Part shown: positions 29,801 to 37,998 of the stretch, piece by piece
Position numbering within the stretch: position 1 is the stretch's first letter
Layout: each line of letters starts with the position of its first letter
DNA from: an uncultured Clostridia bacterium
Lineage (GTDB): Bacteria > Bacillota > Clostridia > TANB77 > CAG-508
NCBI GenBank assembly: GCA_934149275.1
Contig: CAKPEG010000001.1
Coordinates: 82,109-146,108, forward strand
Direction: 5' to 3'
Length of the DNA: 64,000 bases
Made by a program: the position numbers and the translations under genes
Notes under the pieces: generated by a model
What the model was told of the DNA's origin: nothing
Seen by the model: the letters and a program-made list of their open reading frames with translations, nothing else
The model's database searches: none

Positions 29801-30524
29801 TACCACCATTACTAACATCAATTAATGATGTTTGAGCAGGTACACTATCTGAAACTCTTATTCCTTTTCTAGCCTCTCTGCTCATATTTTTGATTTCGAT
29901 TACATATCTAATTTCATCTCCAGGTACTACTGTTTTTGCATCTTCATTTTCTGCTCTTTGAGGAATTAATTCTTTATCCTTTATTACATAAGCTTTTTTT
30001 ACTGCTGTAATTCCTAAATCCTCAACATTTACATCTGTAAATTTTCCAGCCACATCCAGGTTTTGCCAAGACACAGCTAAATCTTCAGAAATCTGCCTTT
30101 CAACTTCTTCAACTCTTGAAGTAACATACTCTTGATTAGGAACATTAGTATTTGTTGTTGATGTAGTTGTTCCTGTTGCTGGAGTAGTTGGTGCTACTGA
30201 AGTTGAAGGTTGGCTTGTAGTATTCGTTGTTGGATTTGCAGATTCACTTGGCATAACACTATTATTAGTAGTATTTTCTGAAGATGTACTTCCTTGTGCA
30301 TCAGAATTATTTTCAGTTGCACTAGGAGATTGTTCTACATTCTCTGATGCATTTGTATTTGCATTTTCAGATTCAGGTTCTTGTTGAGCTATTTCATCTA
30401 TAGCAGTAGCTGAACCATCATCTTTCAAGAAAGCAACGACTCCAATAATTGCAACAATAGCTAAAATACAAATAGCTACAATAGCAATTATAGTCTTCTT
30501 ATTAAGAGTCTTGAACTTATCCAT
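20895..30524 (-). CDS. Giant N-terminally anchored surface adhesin (3209 aa): signal-anchor, Ser/Thr/Asn-rich linker, about 18 tandem DUF11 / conserved-repeat-domain Ig-like modules, C-terminal von Willebrand factor A (MIDAS) domain
   Basis: N-terminal KKTIIAIVAICILAIVAIIGVVAF TM segment. Low-complexity stretch QEPESENANTNASEN...TTSTTNTN. Repeated modules of two alternating subtypes: (TVHEGDEIEYTITVSNxG...) and (VxVGExFxYxITAxNNGTEKGxAVVTDxxP...). The vWA domain carries MIDAS DLVLVLDVSTSM...GTNINAGL...FLSDGAPT (about 21560-21995). No C-terminal LPXTG. AGGAGG RBS; the gene starts 9 nt after the sortase stop. Confidence 0.85.
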   Translation of the reverse strand: MDKFKTLNKKTIIAIVAICILAIVAIIGVVAFLKDDGSATAIDEIAQQEPESENANTNASENVEQSPSATENNSDAQGSTSSENTTNNSVMPSESANPTTNTTSQPSTSVAPTTPATGTTTSTTNTNVPNQEYVTSRVEEVERQISEDLAVSWQNLDVAGKFTDVNVEDLGITAVKKAYVIKDKELIPQRAENEDAKTVVPGDEIRYVIEIKNMSREARKGIRVSDSVPAQTSLIDVSNGGTETTVDGVTKIFWTVDFEDGEEVTSVSFIVRVNEDVTGTIRNVAVVNGDKTNETHNTIIDTIKTSEIVKCDREEFEGTTVHENDEIKYTLTIKNTGDTNEMINVLDTIKEGLTYKEGSLEVDNSDVPVKVENGEVSLENYELLANTTLQISFVATVNQLGENKDGSPITSGKIEANKVTVNSRETTDKTPDGGDKDYDVVKPYVETSKASKVVKCDDYGMIDGDGVDKVKTVHEGDEIEYTITVSNKKGTASDLVSLRDEIPEGLTFIAGSLNAEAINADVQVIDNVLTLDDYTIDAEAVLNITFRVRVNELGETKNEDGTITKNTHAKLEANKVIVNGDKENPKEDPYPPTDVKKSMISTTKVGEVIECTEYNQTGKVNVVHENDEIKYTITVLNSGDEKGKVNLTDTIKSGLSFVSVATTRGTVQQVTDAGGKVTGIKVENYELAAGDSLVITLVVKVDGLTENDLVKVEDNKYVYKKVIDANVVTVNDENIPEDGGNKEVQKPWIEATKTSVVSACTEPEGLKQTGNVSTVHEGDTISYMITVSNEKGSASKVINVEDPIPNGLTLDETSVKVSKEVKNMTVSDNKISISGYTLEAGEKLIITFNVTVDKLSDDDYVEDENGNKACIKSLAPNIAVVDTIEAKDPNPPTEVKKAVIETTKVSKVVKCDDYSMIDGDGIDKVKTVHEGDEIEYTITVSNEKGTASDFVSLRDEIPEGLTFVADSLNAEAVSADVKVTDNVLTLDDYTIEAGAVLSITFKVRVNELGVTENPDGTKTKNTYAELKANKVIVNGDTDNPKEDPNPPTEVKRPNIEISKTSTVVDKDYVRVGESFDYIITAKNNGTEKGDAVITDVIPDEFTIDIANIKVDDQVADNSVVVSGNTVTWNLKDLAVNDSKVLKIRVTAKDINGVKAETTNTATIDNDNPSSSTDVDIGKPDIDVTKSSQVVTCNDYGMTGSKIDVVHEGDEIQYTITAENNGVVSDKINVRDELKDKVEFVEGSLTAKVDSKDITGVKAENGVISLDDYELAAGSKLVITFKVRVKTLGLDEKGNKITKATFEANTVNVNGDPTEDPNGPGEIRKPDLKVTKSSSIEAGQYAEIGKQFSYYIVVDNNGDEKGSAVVEDEVPSNLRIDSYGDALAGDTISVVGNKVTWNVNNLPAKTSRRIEIKVTPLSISEGKTEETITNTAKITNGPDSPTDVTIATPIISTTKASKVAVCGKYGMIDEDGATKVTTVHEDDEIEYTITISNTGKVAGIVNMNDPLPTGMTFKAGSLSTSLPNANVVVANDKKSISLNDYSLAANTILTITFRVTIDDLGTKIVDGKEVPATSATLTANEVTVNGDPAKDPNPPTDVKKPMITATKETPAADEAYIIENRLVEYTITVTNNGTEKGNATVTDVIDSRLEYKQSALVNKYDKDSISYDKTTKTVTWNVVDLPAGESRTATITVWVGEITNGVSETIPNIVNVDGKPTDEETITVGKPSIKTEKTSEILECSKGIKEGTIVHEGDVIKYTIKVKNEGTLPKKISVTDTIKSGLTYVEGTLSVDRENTGVSITNGLLTITDYELPAGQEMTITFNVRVNELTDADYSKDKDGNIIYSKKIDANVASVDGKSPSDGKEYEVIKPVINVKKEVSKTLVSVNEEFYYDITVTNVGTDVGNTVITDTIPSELIYNGLVKPTNDDVVTYDETTRLLTWNVNTLKVKESRKLRINVKAPADVTVNPTTVTNAVYKDGSDKPEDSVNTEIAKPVITTTKSSEVTECKLNLTTEDTIGKKATTVHEGDVIKYTITITNSGEVAGIVNMNDSLPAGMTFKGSLTTSLSNVNVVVANDKKSISLSNYSLAGNTTLTITFEVTIDNLGTVKDKDGKDVPATSATLTANTVTVNGVDEKDPNPPTTVKKPNIVIAKTSNVGNRYLNVGETFEYTITATNNGTEVGTAVVTDKLPDEVEYVSYTDNGDTVDVSKLPEIKWTVKDLGVGKSRELKIQVKAKEFTEGVDKSITNKATIDNGNPSSEVTDKVGKPQISANKTSRVAVCGQYGMIDSEGATKVTTVHEGDEIEYTITISNNGKVAGIVNMNDSLPSKMTFKDGSLSTSIADANVIVANDKKSISLNDYSLAAGATLTITFRVTIDNLGTTIVNGKEVPATSATLTANTVNVNGVDREDPNPPTDVKKPIINTTKTSVISECGKGQTSGTTVHEGDKIKYTITVSNSGTEYKNINVSDTLKPGVSLVENTIRAKDNGNDIQGITVGTDKRTISLNGYRLEAGHTLTITFEVSVDTLGENVTKATIEANQVTVDTTTTTDDKTYEVVKPNISVTKQVLNTENKDINGETVDVRSTLKYVLVGTNTGDEDSNVTITDDIDISKLTDVTVTGAIRTNGTDASTAVTYNKETGKLEWSGLLKKNSGNQVIITIEAKTRILNESELSYVVENTAKYTPEGSSEKTTNKVTNNVKIMIESDKTATVINDEKDGKAEYGDIIEYTITAENKSDSDGKVNIIDPLPAGVEYSNPLDGKANPIVVKVNGTTVGNGTYNDGTISYDGTLKAGAKLTLTFRVRVIETDIDKNIVNTATINGIEKSATVDVVKKISIAATAEVTKSMDLVLVLDVSTSMTENNIGRLDALKTAAKALVNKVFPKGVATDSTVTIIAYSKKATTSPIYKYTAREDALARIDDLQSIEGTNINAGLKATDTLLTGGKLINKKKVVIFLSDGAPTTPEASRAGLVEKGWADANKYPIYQDDSVENIIESATKVKAHADMIYSIGLGTETIPRPGNKNVGLSEKCAYVTKCNNPYNCTDATHQAMNSVVPFTGVKDKDVWNGGWPTKEYYHYYSERDLAKFVLKTIGKSGYFPVADGADTTATTKNLSDKFDTILKDSSTTHDTAIVTNKPTELQISETATVKGDVVLSIGETSFTINIDTLKNGAYSLGTGDELSYTPGVGFTFKIKNDKTLEKELYIAYTVDKK

Positions 30525-30533
30525 TTTTTCCTC

Positions 30534-31127
30534 CTATTCTTGATTATTTTTAATTTCTCTAGCTTTTGTTACTAATCTTTTTTTATTTCCATTTGAACAC
30601 GTTATAAGTGTTACCTCTTTTGTACTTCCATCAATAGATTCGACACATGATACATCATTTGGATCTATAATATAATAATCAAAAACTTCATAATCAAGTG
30701 TTCTATTCTTCATGTCAGTTATTTTAATTATGTCACCCTTCTCCAAATTTTTGGTTTTTCCAAACATTGTGCCATCCCTATTGTTATGTCCTGCAAGAGT
30801 AACATTTCCAACTTCGTTTAATTCACTTCCCCAAAACTTAGTAATAGACAATCTCATCCCTTTATTATCTGTTCTATCTAAAATTGGATATTTCAGGTTA
30901 ATCTTAGGAATAGTAATTATACCTATTACCTTGTAATCATCTATCATTATGTCTTCTGAAATTTTTTCATCATTATTATATTTGGTTTCAAATTCGTCAA
31001 CAACAGCAGATAAATGCTTTTCATTTACCTGATTTCTACCATACTTAATAATAATCATAATAATTGTTATAGCTATAACAATTAAAAGTAAAATAATAAT
31101 AAAGTTAAAAATTTTATTTTTACTCAT
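30534..31127 (-). CDS. Sortase (small SrtA-like transpeptidase; N-terminal TM anchor)
   Basis: 197 aa. N-terminal TM FNFIIILLLIVIAITIIMIII. Catalytic His in LAGHNNRDG, Cys in the TLITC motif (VTLITCSN) and a downstream Arg (KKRLVTKA). The architecture aligns with S. aureus SrtA (IAGHT...LTLITC...R). The start overlaps the stop of the upstream gene by 8 nt. Confidence 0.8.
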   Translation of the reverse strand: MSKNKIFNFIIILLLIVIAITIIMIIIKYGRNQVNEKHLSAVVDEFETKYNNDEKISEDIMIDDYKVIGIITIPKINLKYPILDRTDNKGMRLSITKFWGSELNEVGNVTLAGHNNRDGTMFGKTKNLEKGDIIKITDMKNRTLDYEVFDYYIIDPNDVSCVESIDGSTKEVTLITCSNGNKKRLVTKAREIKNNQE

Positions 31128-32109
31128 TATCTTTTTTACCTTTGCTATTTACTTTTTTCATAACAGCAACAATAACAAGTAAAGCTACTGCAACTCCTAA
31201 TATAACAAATAAAATTATGCTATCATAAGTAATTGGTAATTTTGATGTTGTTGTTACAATATTTTTATCTTTAACAAATTCTTTGTCTTCATTTTGGAAA
31301 CAAGTTAAGAATTGAACATCAACTATTTCTTGTGAATCATTTCTAATCCAAAGAATATATTTATCACCTGTTTTAGAATCTGCAGGTTGATCAATTCTCA
31401 TATCAGAAACTAAAGACCAATTATCAGCTGTAGGCATTAATTGGTTGTATAGATCATAAAATTCTTTACACATCCTTATATTTTCATATAGTCCTGAGTT
31501 AGCTTTTAAACTATTAAGTTTTTCAGCTAAATCCATAAATTTGTTGTAATCTTCAGTACTTGGTAATTTTACTAAATAATATGAATATTCAGAGCTACTA
31601 TCATCTATGATATCAACTCTACCAATTGAAGTTGTATACTCAATTCCATTTTCAGTTCTCTTTGTAACTGTTTTTTGTGTAGTATCAACTGCAATTTTCT
31701 TTGTAACATTATTTACCAAATCAACTGCTTCATATGGAATTGAATTATCTAAACTAATTTGAATTCCTTCTGCTAAATAATTTCCATCTAAATCTCTAGC
31801 ATATACGTAAACAGTTTTTCCAGCAAAATAGTTATCATATCTTTCTTTTGTAATATGCATTACATATTTACCTTCAACTTTTTCTTTTTCTGCTTTCATA
31901 TAATCTAAATATTCTTTATCAGCAGTTGTGCTATTTGCAAATGCATATTCATATTCTTTATCTAAACTAGATTCCAAATAAACAATATATTCGGTATCGT
32001 TTTTCTTTAGTACTGTTATTTCTTCAGCTGCGAAAACTTTATTAGAAAAAAATAAAATGAATAAAAACATCATACAAAAAGCAATTTTTATGCCAAATGT
32101 TTTTTTCAT
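31120..32109 (-). CDS. Secreted protein with C-terminal sorting-signal-like tail (candidate sortase substrate)
   Basis: 329 aa. Signal peptide MKKTFGIKIAFCMMFLFILFFSNKVFA. C-terminus KLPITYD + hydrophobic IILFVILGVAVALLVIVAV + basic tail MKKVNSKGKKDNE. This is the tripartite layout of a cell-wall sorting signal, but with LPITY in place of LPXTG. AGGAGG RBS. Confidence 0.6.
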   Translation of the reverse strand: MKKTFGIKIAFCMMFLFILFFSNKVFAAEEITVLKKNDTEYIVYLESSLDKEYEYAFANSTTADKEYLDYMKAEKEKVEGKYVMHITKERYDNYFAGKTVYVYARDLDGNYLAEGIQISLDNSIPYEAVDLVNNVTKKIAVDTTQKTVTKRTENGIEYTTSIGRVDIIDDSSSEYSYYLVKLPSTEDYNKFMDLAEKLNSLKANSGLYENIRMCKEFYDLYNQLMPTADNWSLVSDMRIDQPADSKTGDKYILWIRNDSQEIVDVQFLTCFQNEDKEFVKDKNIVTTTSKLPITYDSIILFVILGVAVALLVIVAVMKKVNSKGKKDNE

Positions 32110-32159
32110 TTTCTCACCTCCTATTTTTTAAATTTCAGAATTATTTCATTCGCGTAAAC

Positions 32160-32188
32160 ATTTTATAACGGTTTCCTATATTTGTCAA
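32160..32188 (-). promoter_or_regulatory. Consensus sigma-A-type promoter for the surface-protein operon
   Basis: Minus strand: TTGACA (complement of 32183-32188), 17-nt spacer, TAAAAT (complement of 32160-32165); about 45 nt upstream of the ATG at 32109. Confidence 0.5.
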
Positions 32189-32273
32189 CGTCTTTTCGCT
32201 ATATTTCGCCTTTTTACGCGAATTTTATAAATCTGCTATAACATTTCTATTCCTAAAAAAGTTATCTATGAAT

Positions 32274-32318
32274 GCAAAAAAAATAACTTTGAGATATAAA
32301 TCCCAAAGTTATTTTTTA
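32274..32318. terminator. Bidirectional rho-independent terminator downstream of eno
   Basis: aaaaaaaa-aataactttg-agatataaatcc-caaagttatt-tttttaaaa: a perfect 10-bp stem flanked by an A-run and a T-run. Confidence 0.65.
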
Positions 32319-32327
32319 AAATTTATC

Positions 32328-33647
<1,320 letters not shown>

Positions 33648-33900
33648 CTATAATATTTACAATTAAATTTTAGAAATATAAATTTAATTATACCTCTTCC
33701 GTCTGTGAGACATTCTATCACAGATATATTAAATTTTCAATTCTAATTTTGAAAGTTTTCCATTTCAAAATTAAGCCTAGATATAACTTTAGAATTATCA
33801 TTAAAACTAAAAAATGAGTGAATCTGCTAATCACAATCCACTCATTTTTCTATGCTTTACTTCCGTTCTACGTATTCAACTTTCGTCAGTTAAACACTTT

Positions 33901-34216
33901 TTATTCTTCGTGTTCAATCAGCCGATAATCCGTTCCATCCGGCAAATGGAAATTAAACCGTGAATCCAAAGTTCTGTCGTACTTTTCAATTGGATACTTT
34001 ACTCTACCTAGTCCAGCACATTTATAGCAGTAAACATATAACGTATAATCATTAAATTTAATCGCTTCTGCCTTAGTAAGTTCCTTCAAGCAAATAATCA
34101 TTGCAACCAGCCGAATCCTGCGTGACAAAAACTAAACGATTCCCAACTCTTTTAGCAATCGCCTTCCGACCAGGATTCATTTTTTGAAACAATTGAGTCA
34201 AAACTCTTTCAAGCAT
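33901..34216 (-). pseudogene. Small gene split by a frameshift (47-aa N-terminal ORF at 34073-34216, continuing in another frame as the ORF-track segment 34128-33901); locally GC-elevated
   Basis: ATG at 34214-34216 with a GGAGGAG RBS; it reads MLERVLTQLFQKMNPGRKAIAKRVGNRLVFVTQDSAGCNDYLLEGTY* and stops at 34073. An overlapping frame continues ...CLKELTKAEAIKFNDYTLYVYCYKCAGLGRVKYPIEKYDRTLDSRFNFHLPDGTDYRLIEHEE. A single-nucleotide indel around 34075-34110 would fuse them. Alternatively the two may be genuinely separate overlapping small ORFs. Confidence 0.3.
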
Positions 34217-34515
34217 ATTATCTCCTCCTTCAATGCTTTCTAATCAACAAGTTACATTTGTGAAACAAAAAGCTAGAGAAAAATTCTCTCACTATTAAGT
34301 AAAAAAATATAGAAAAATACACTATATGGCTCATATTTTAGCACATTTTCTTCTCTAAATCAACATAAAAGAGCTCTGGAATACTATCCAGAACTCTTTT
34401 ACATCATTGCTATTTTTATTTAATCTCTCCAATAATGTATTTTATAATTTTAAATTTTATCAAACTCAATTTCTAAATCTTTTCAATCAAATATTTAATA
34501 TCTCTTCAAAATCTA

Positions 34516-35835
34516 TTAAAAAGGTTCATCACCTGCGAACTCAATAGGTTCTTGTTTCAAACATTCTAATTGTTCAGCTGATAAATACTTCTTATCAACA
34601 GTAATACTAAGTACAAACTCGCTAAAGAAATTATCATTCATTACATAACATCCCTTTACTTTAGCCTTGTCACCATGACTATCTTCAATCTTCCATCTTT
34701 GAGGAACGCCATCAACCAAATTAACACCCACAAAAGACATAGCATGATGCATACAAATATCACGCAAATTCAAAGCCTCTTCTTTAGATAAAGTTTCAAA
34801 ATTTAATGTATCAGCATAGTCATATAATCTCGTATCTAATACTCCTGATTTTGTATCTCTAAACTTCATTATATGAGCACCCATATAAACAGGAATACCA
34901 TCTTTCAACTGCTTAATTGTTAGCTCTTTCAAATCCTCTATTGGCAAATTCAAATATCTAGCATAAGCTTGACGAACATTTCCCTCATATTTCAATCTAT
35001 AAACTTTATTAAACTCTTTATTATACATAGGAAAATTACCTATAGTAACAAAATTCTCCAACTTCAATTTCAAAAATCTATTCTTAAACTCAATAGGCGT
35101 TAATCCATCAATTCTATGATACTCACCACTTTTATCTTTATACTCATAGTTAAATTCTGTTAAAGGTTCACCAATCAATTTGCACAACAAAATATAATTT
35201 TCTTGTAAAAACTTATTTTTATTTTCTCTTAATAATTCAATATCAGCACTATTTCTCTTTAACTCAATTAATTTTAAAATATCCTTTTTAACCTTTTCAG
35301 TATAAATACATTGCACTCTTAAGAAATTTGTACTCTCAACAGCATCAGGATTATATGAATAAGGCAAAACTCCATACTTATCTATAATAGCTTCAAACCA
35401 TTCCCAATAGCCACCTTCATTTACACAACTAGCAATTATTTTTTCTTTATGAATATAATCATAATCAACGTTCGCTAAATTAATTATATTCTCATACGTA
35501 TTATTTGATTTTTCAAGTTTATCATAAAAAGCAATATAACTATTAGATAGTTCTAAATCAGCAACATTCATATTTAAATTCTTAGCAATATCATATTTTA
35601 TTAAGTTCAAACCACTAAAAATCCAACATTTATGACTATCCTGTTGATCATATCTCTTACTCTCAGGCAATTCAATATTAAAAACAGGTTGATTTTCTAT
35701 AATAACATCTCTACTAATACACGCTTTCTCCACACCATTCTTAGTTATCGCATTTTCAATCACTTTATTCATTTTATCTGAATCATAAACTTCTTTAAAT
35801 TTTTTAATTTGCTCTAATGATATTTGATCATTCAT
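34516..35835 (-). CDS. pepC: Aminopeptidase C / bleomycin hydrolase-like C1-family cysteine peptidase
   Basis: 439 aa. Active-site Cys in the QQDSHKCWIFSGLN context (PepC: Q..G.CW.FA..N). The length matches PepC. Confidence 0.6.
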   Translation of the reverse strand: MNDQISLEQIKKFKEVYDSDKMNKVIENAITKNGVEKACISRDVIIENQPVFNIELPESKRYDQQDSHKCWIFSGLNLIKYDIAKNLNMNVADLELSNSYIAFYDKLEKSNNTYENIINLANVDYDYIHKEKIIASCVNEGGYWEWFEAIIDKYGVLPYSYNPDAVESTNFLRVQCIYTEKVKKDILKLIELKRNSADIELLRENKNKFLQENYILLCKLIGEPLTEFNYEYKDKSGEYHRIDGLTPIEFKNRFLKLKLENFVTIGNFPMYNKEFNKVYRLKYEGNVRQAYARYLNLPIEDLKELTIKQLKDGIPVYMGAHIMKFRDTKSGVLDTRLYDYADTLNFETLSKEEALNLRDICMHHAMSFVGVNLVDGVPQRWKIEDSHGDKAKVKGCYVMNDNFFSEFVLSITVDKKYLSAEQLECLKQEPIEFAGDEPF

Positions 35836-35850
35836 TAAATCTTCCTCCTT

Positions 35851-36381
35851 TTATCTCCACATATCGCCATTAATATGACTAGTCAAAGCCATAACAAAAG
35901 CATTTTTAGTCAATTCAATTCTCGTCACAACATCCCTAGTCAAAAAACTAATTCCGCCTTTTCCTTTTCCAAGCTCCTTACCACTAAAAATCTTATCCAT
36001 AACTTTCCCAAGCTCTGTACTTTTTATCTCATCAATATACTTATTAGGGATTGGAAACCCTTGACTAACTCCAACACTTTGAAAACCTTTTGAATCCTCA
36101 ATAACAACCGCATTTATATCAATCCAATCGCCTAAAAGATCGGTAATTCCCGCTTCACTAGCTATAAAAAAATCAGCCTCTAAATTATTTTTTTCAGCAT
36201 ACGCCTTTAAATTTTTAACCCTATTTTTAGCGCCCTGAAAAATCTCCTCATTCACAGGTTGATCACTGACATTCGAGTCAACAGAAATTCCTTCAATATT
36301 AATATCATCAAAGTACTTCTCAAAAGCCTGCCTAGCGCCTTCAATTTTTCCAGGATTTTTTGTTCCCATCAAAATCTTCAT
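35851..36381 (-). CDS. Inosine/xanthosine triphosphatase (DUF84/YjjX family non-canonical NTPase)
   Basis: Start at the ATG at 36381 (AGGAGTGG RBS): MKILMGTKNPGKIEGARQAFEKYF...; the ORF-track start lies 15 codons upstream. The GT.NP.K N-terminal signature and acidic residues match DUF84. Confidence 0.6.
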   Translation of the reverse strand: MKILMGTKNPGKIEGARQAFEKYFDDINIEGISVDSNVSDQPVNEEIFQGAKNRVKNLKAYAEKNNLEADFFIASEAGITDLLGDWIDINAVVIEDSKGFQSVGVSQGFPIPNKYIDEIKSTELGKVMDKIFSGKELGKGKGGISFLTRDVVTRIELTKNAFVMALTSHINGDMWR

Positions 36382-36444
36382 ACCATTCCACTCCTTACCA
36401 CTTATATTTAAATACGAAAAAATCAAAACATTAAGTTTTCCAAG

Positions 36445-37074
36445 CTATAAATCATTAACTACTCTTTTAACTCTTTCAATAAATTCTTCTCTATTTTCTA
36501 AAGCCTGTCTCAACTTGCTTACCGCTTCATCAAACTCCTTGTCCTCCAAATAAACCTTAGCATATCCTCTCTCACCATACTTCTCAACTAAATGTTCATA
36601 CACTTTATCAAACTGTTCTTCTTCAGACAAACCAATATAATTCTTCTTACCATATGTATATGACCTCTTGATGGTATTATCAATATCCACAATAGTCCTA
36701 TCCGCTGTACTTACAATCTTGCCATACATAGTTCTAGGGACATGATTGCAAGAAGCTCTATGATCCTCAATAGCCTCCTTGATTACCAATCTCTGCTCAT
36801 CAGAAAACCACCTCTTAATATTCTCATCTTTCATAAACATCTCCGCAGAAATAATTTCATGTCTCTTTCTATCAATAAAATGTCCCAAATCATGATATGC
36901 AGCCACCGTATACACAATATTAAAATCAACATCATATCCATCGGCTAGCTCCAAACTTCTTCTTATAACAGTCTTAATATGATTAATTCCATGAGCAAAC
37001 TCATTTCTATCATATAAAGGAAATATTTCATTTTTGATATATTCAACTAATTCCTCATTTAATTCTTTATTCAA
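36445..37074 (-). CDS. HD-domain metal-dependent phosphohydrolase
   Basis: 209 aa. H...HD motif (HGINHIKTV...AAYHDLGHF) and a downstream D (STADR). Confidence 0.65.
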   Translation of the reverse strand: MNKELNEELVEYIKNEIFPLYDRNEFAHGINHIKTVIRRSLELADGYDVDFNIVYTVAAYHDLGHFIDRKRHEIISAEMFMKDENIKRWFSDEQRLVIKEAIEDHRASCNHVPRTMYGKIVSTADRTIVDIDNTIKRSYTYGKKNYIGLSEEEQFDKVYEHLVEKYGERGYAKVYLEDKEFDEAVSKLRQALENREEFIERVKRVVNDL

Positions 37075-37092
37075 AACCTTTCTCCTTAAAAA

Positions 37093-37914
37093 TTAAAATT
37101 TAAGTTCTTTCATATTATTTATATCTAAATCAATTTCTTTATAAATTTCATCAACCGTACAAGAAACAGTATCTTCAAATGAACATCCCAAAATACTTAA
37201 TATATTTTCTATATCTTCTTTATCTTTTCCCTCAAACTCAACATATGAAGGTAACATAGGCCATGTATCAATATCAATTTCATGCTCATTTAAAATATAT
37301 TTTTCTCTTCTTTTCTCTTGATAACTTCTATATGAAAAGCCCAACTTTTCAAGTAATTCATTTGTTTCTTCAAATGAATTAACCTTTATTTCTGTTTCTT
37401 CCATTTGTTGAATATTTGATTTATTATCTCTTAAAACATGTTTTATTGTTAAAGTAACCTTCTCTTTAACTTCACCACTTTCTTTTTCTTCAATAGTTTT
37501 TCTCAATCTAACCCATTTCTTAGGAGTAGCTTTATATTTATATATAATTTCACTCAACTTTTGGCTATTTAAAATCTCTACAATTCTTTCTTTATCAAAT
37601 GTAAATATCTCTGATAAATTACTAATCTTAAAATTTTTATTCAAAAGCTCAACATCATCATTATCTATTAATTGATCAACTTCATAAAAAAGATTTTTAA
37701 TTTTCGCTAATACTATATCTTTTCTAGACTCAAGAATTTCATTATTCAATTCGTATAAATCAGCATAATATCTTTGATTAATATACATTAAATCATACAC
37801 ACATAAATATTGCTTTGAAGAACTAATATACTTTCCACCGGCATTCTTTATCTTATTTACAATATTCTCCTTATCGATATTTAAAATCTTAACTTCCAAT
37901 TCCATACTACTCAT
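37093..37914 (-). CDS. CYTH-domain protein (triphosphate tunnel metalloenzyme; class IV adenylate cyclase / triphosphatase-like) with a helical insertion
   Basis: 273 aa. N-terminal ExExK signature (MELEVKILNID). Mid R.R (KWVRLRK), then a second E.E.K (ETEIKV) and the terminal acidic strands (IDIDTW...YVEFEG). Confidence 0.5.
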   Translation of the reverse strand: MSSMELEVKILNIDKENIVNKIKNAGGKYISSSKQYLCVYDLMYINQRYYADLYELNNEILESRKDIVLAKIKNLFYEVDQLIDNDDVELLNKNFKISNLSEIFTFDKERIVEILNSQKLSEIIYKYKATPKKWVRLRKTIEEKESGEVKEKVTLTIKHVLRDNKSNIQQMEETEIKVNSFEETNELLEKLGFSYRSYQEKRREKYILNEHEIDIDTWPMLPSYVEFEGKDKEDIENILSILGCSFEDTVSCTVDEIYKEIDLDINNMKELKF

Positions 37915-37998
37915 AATATTTTTCTCCTATCAACTAATATTTTTCTCTCGATGGGTATTGTATCATAATTAATTTTATTCATCAATGAAATTGTCTAT

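Noticed and set aside
21691-29835. Ten plus-strand ORFs (63-188 aa) listed inside 21691-29835
   Set aside because: They are all antisense to the 3209-aa adhesin gene and translate to low-complexity, hydrophobic sequences that repeat with the gene's internal DNA repeats. They are shadow ORFs of a repetitive coding region.
33700-33725. Palindrome ctgtga-N9-tcacag overlapping the -35 region of the enolase promoter, as a CRP/FNR or Rex operator
   Set aside because: The arm sequence TGTGA/TCACA is CRP-like, but the spacer is 9 nt instead of 6, and Rex boxes have a different arm. I cannot assign it to a regulator family from sequence alone; it may still be a binding site.
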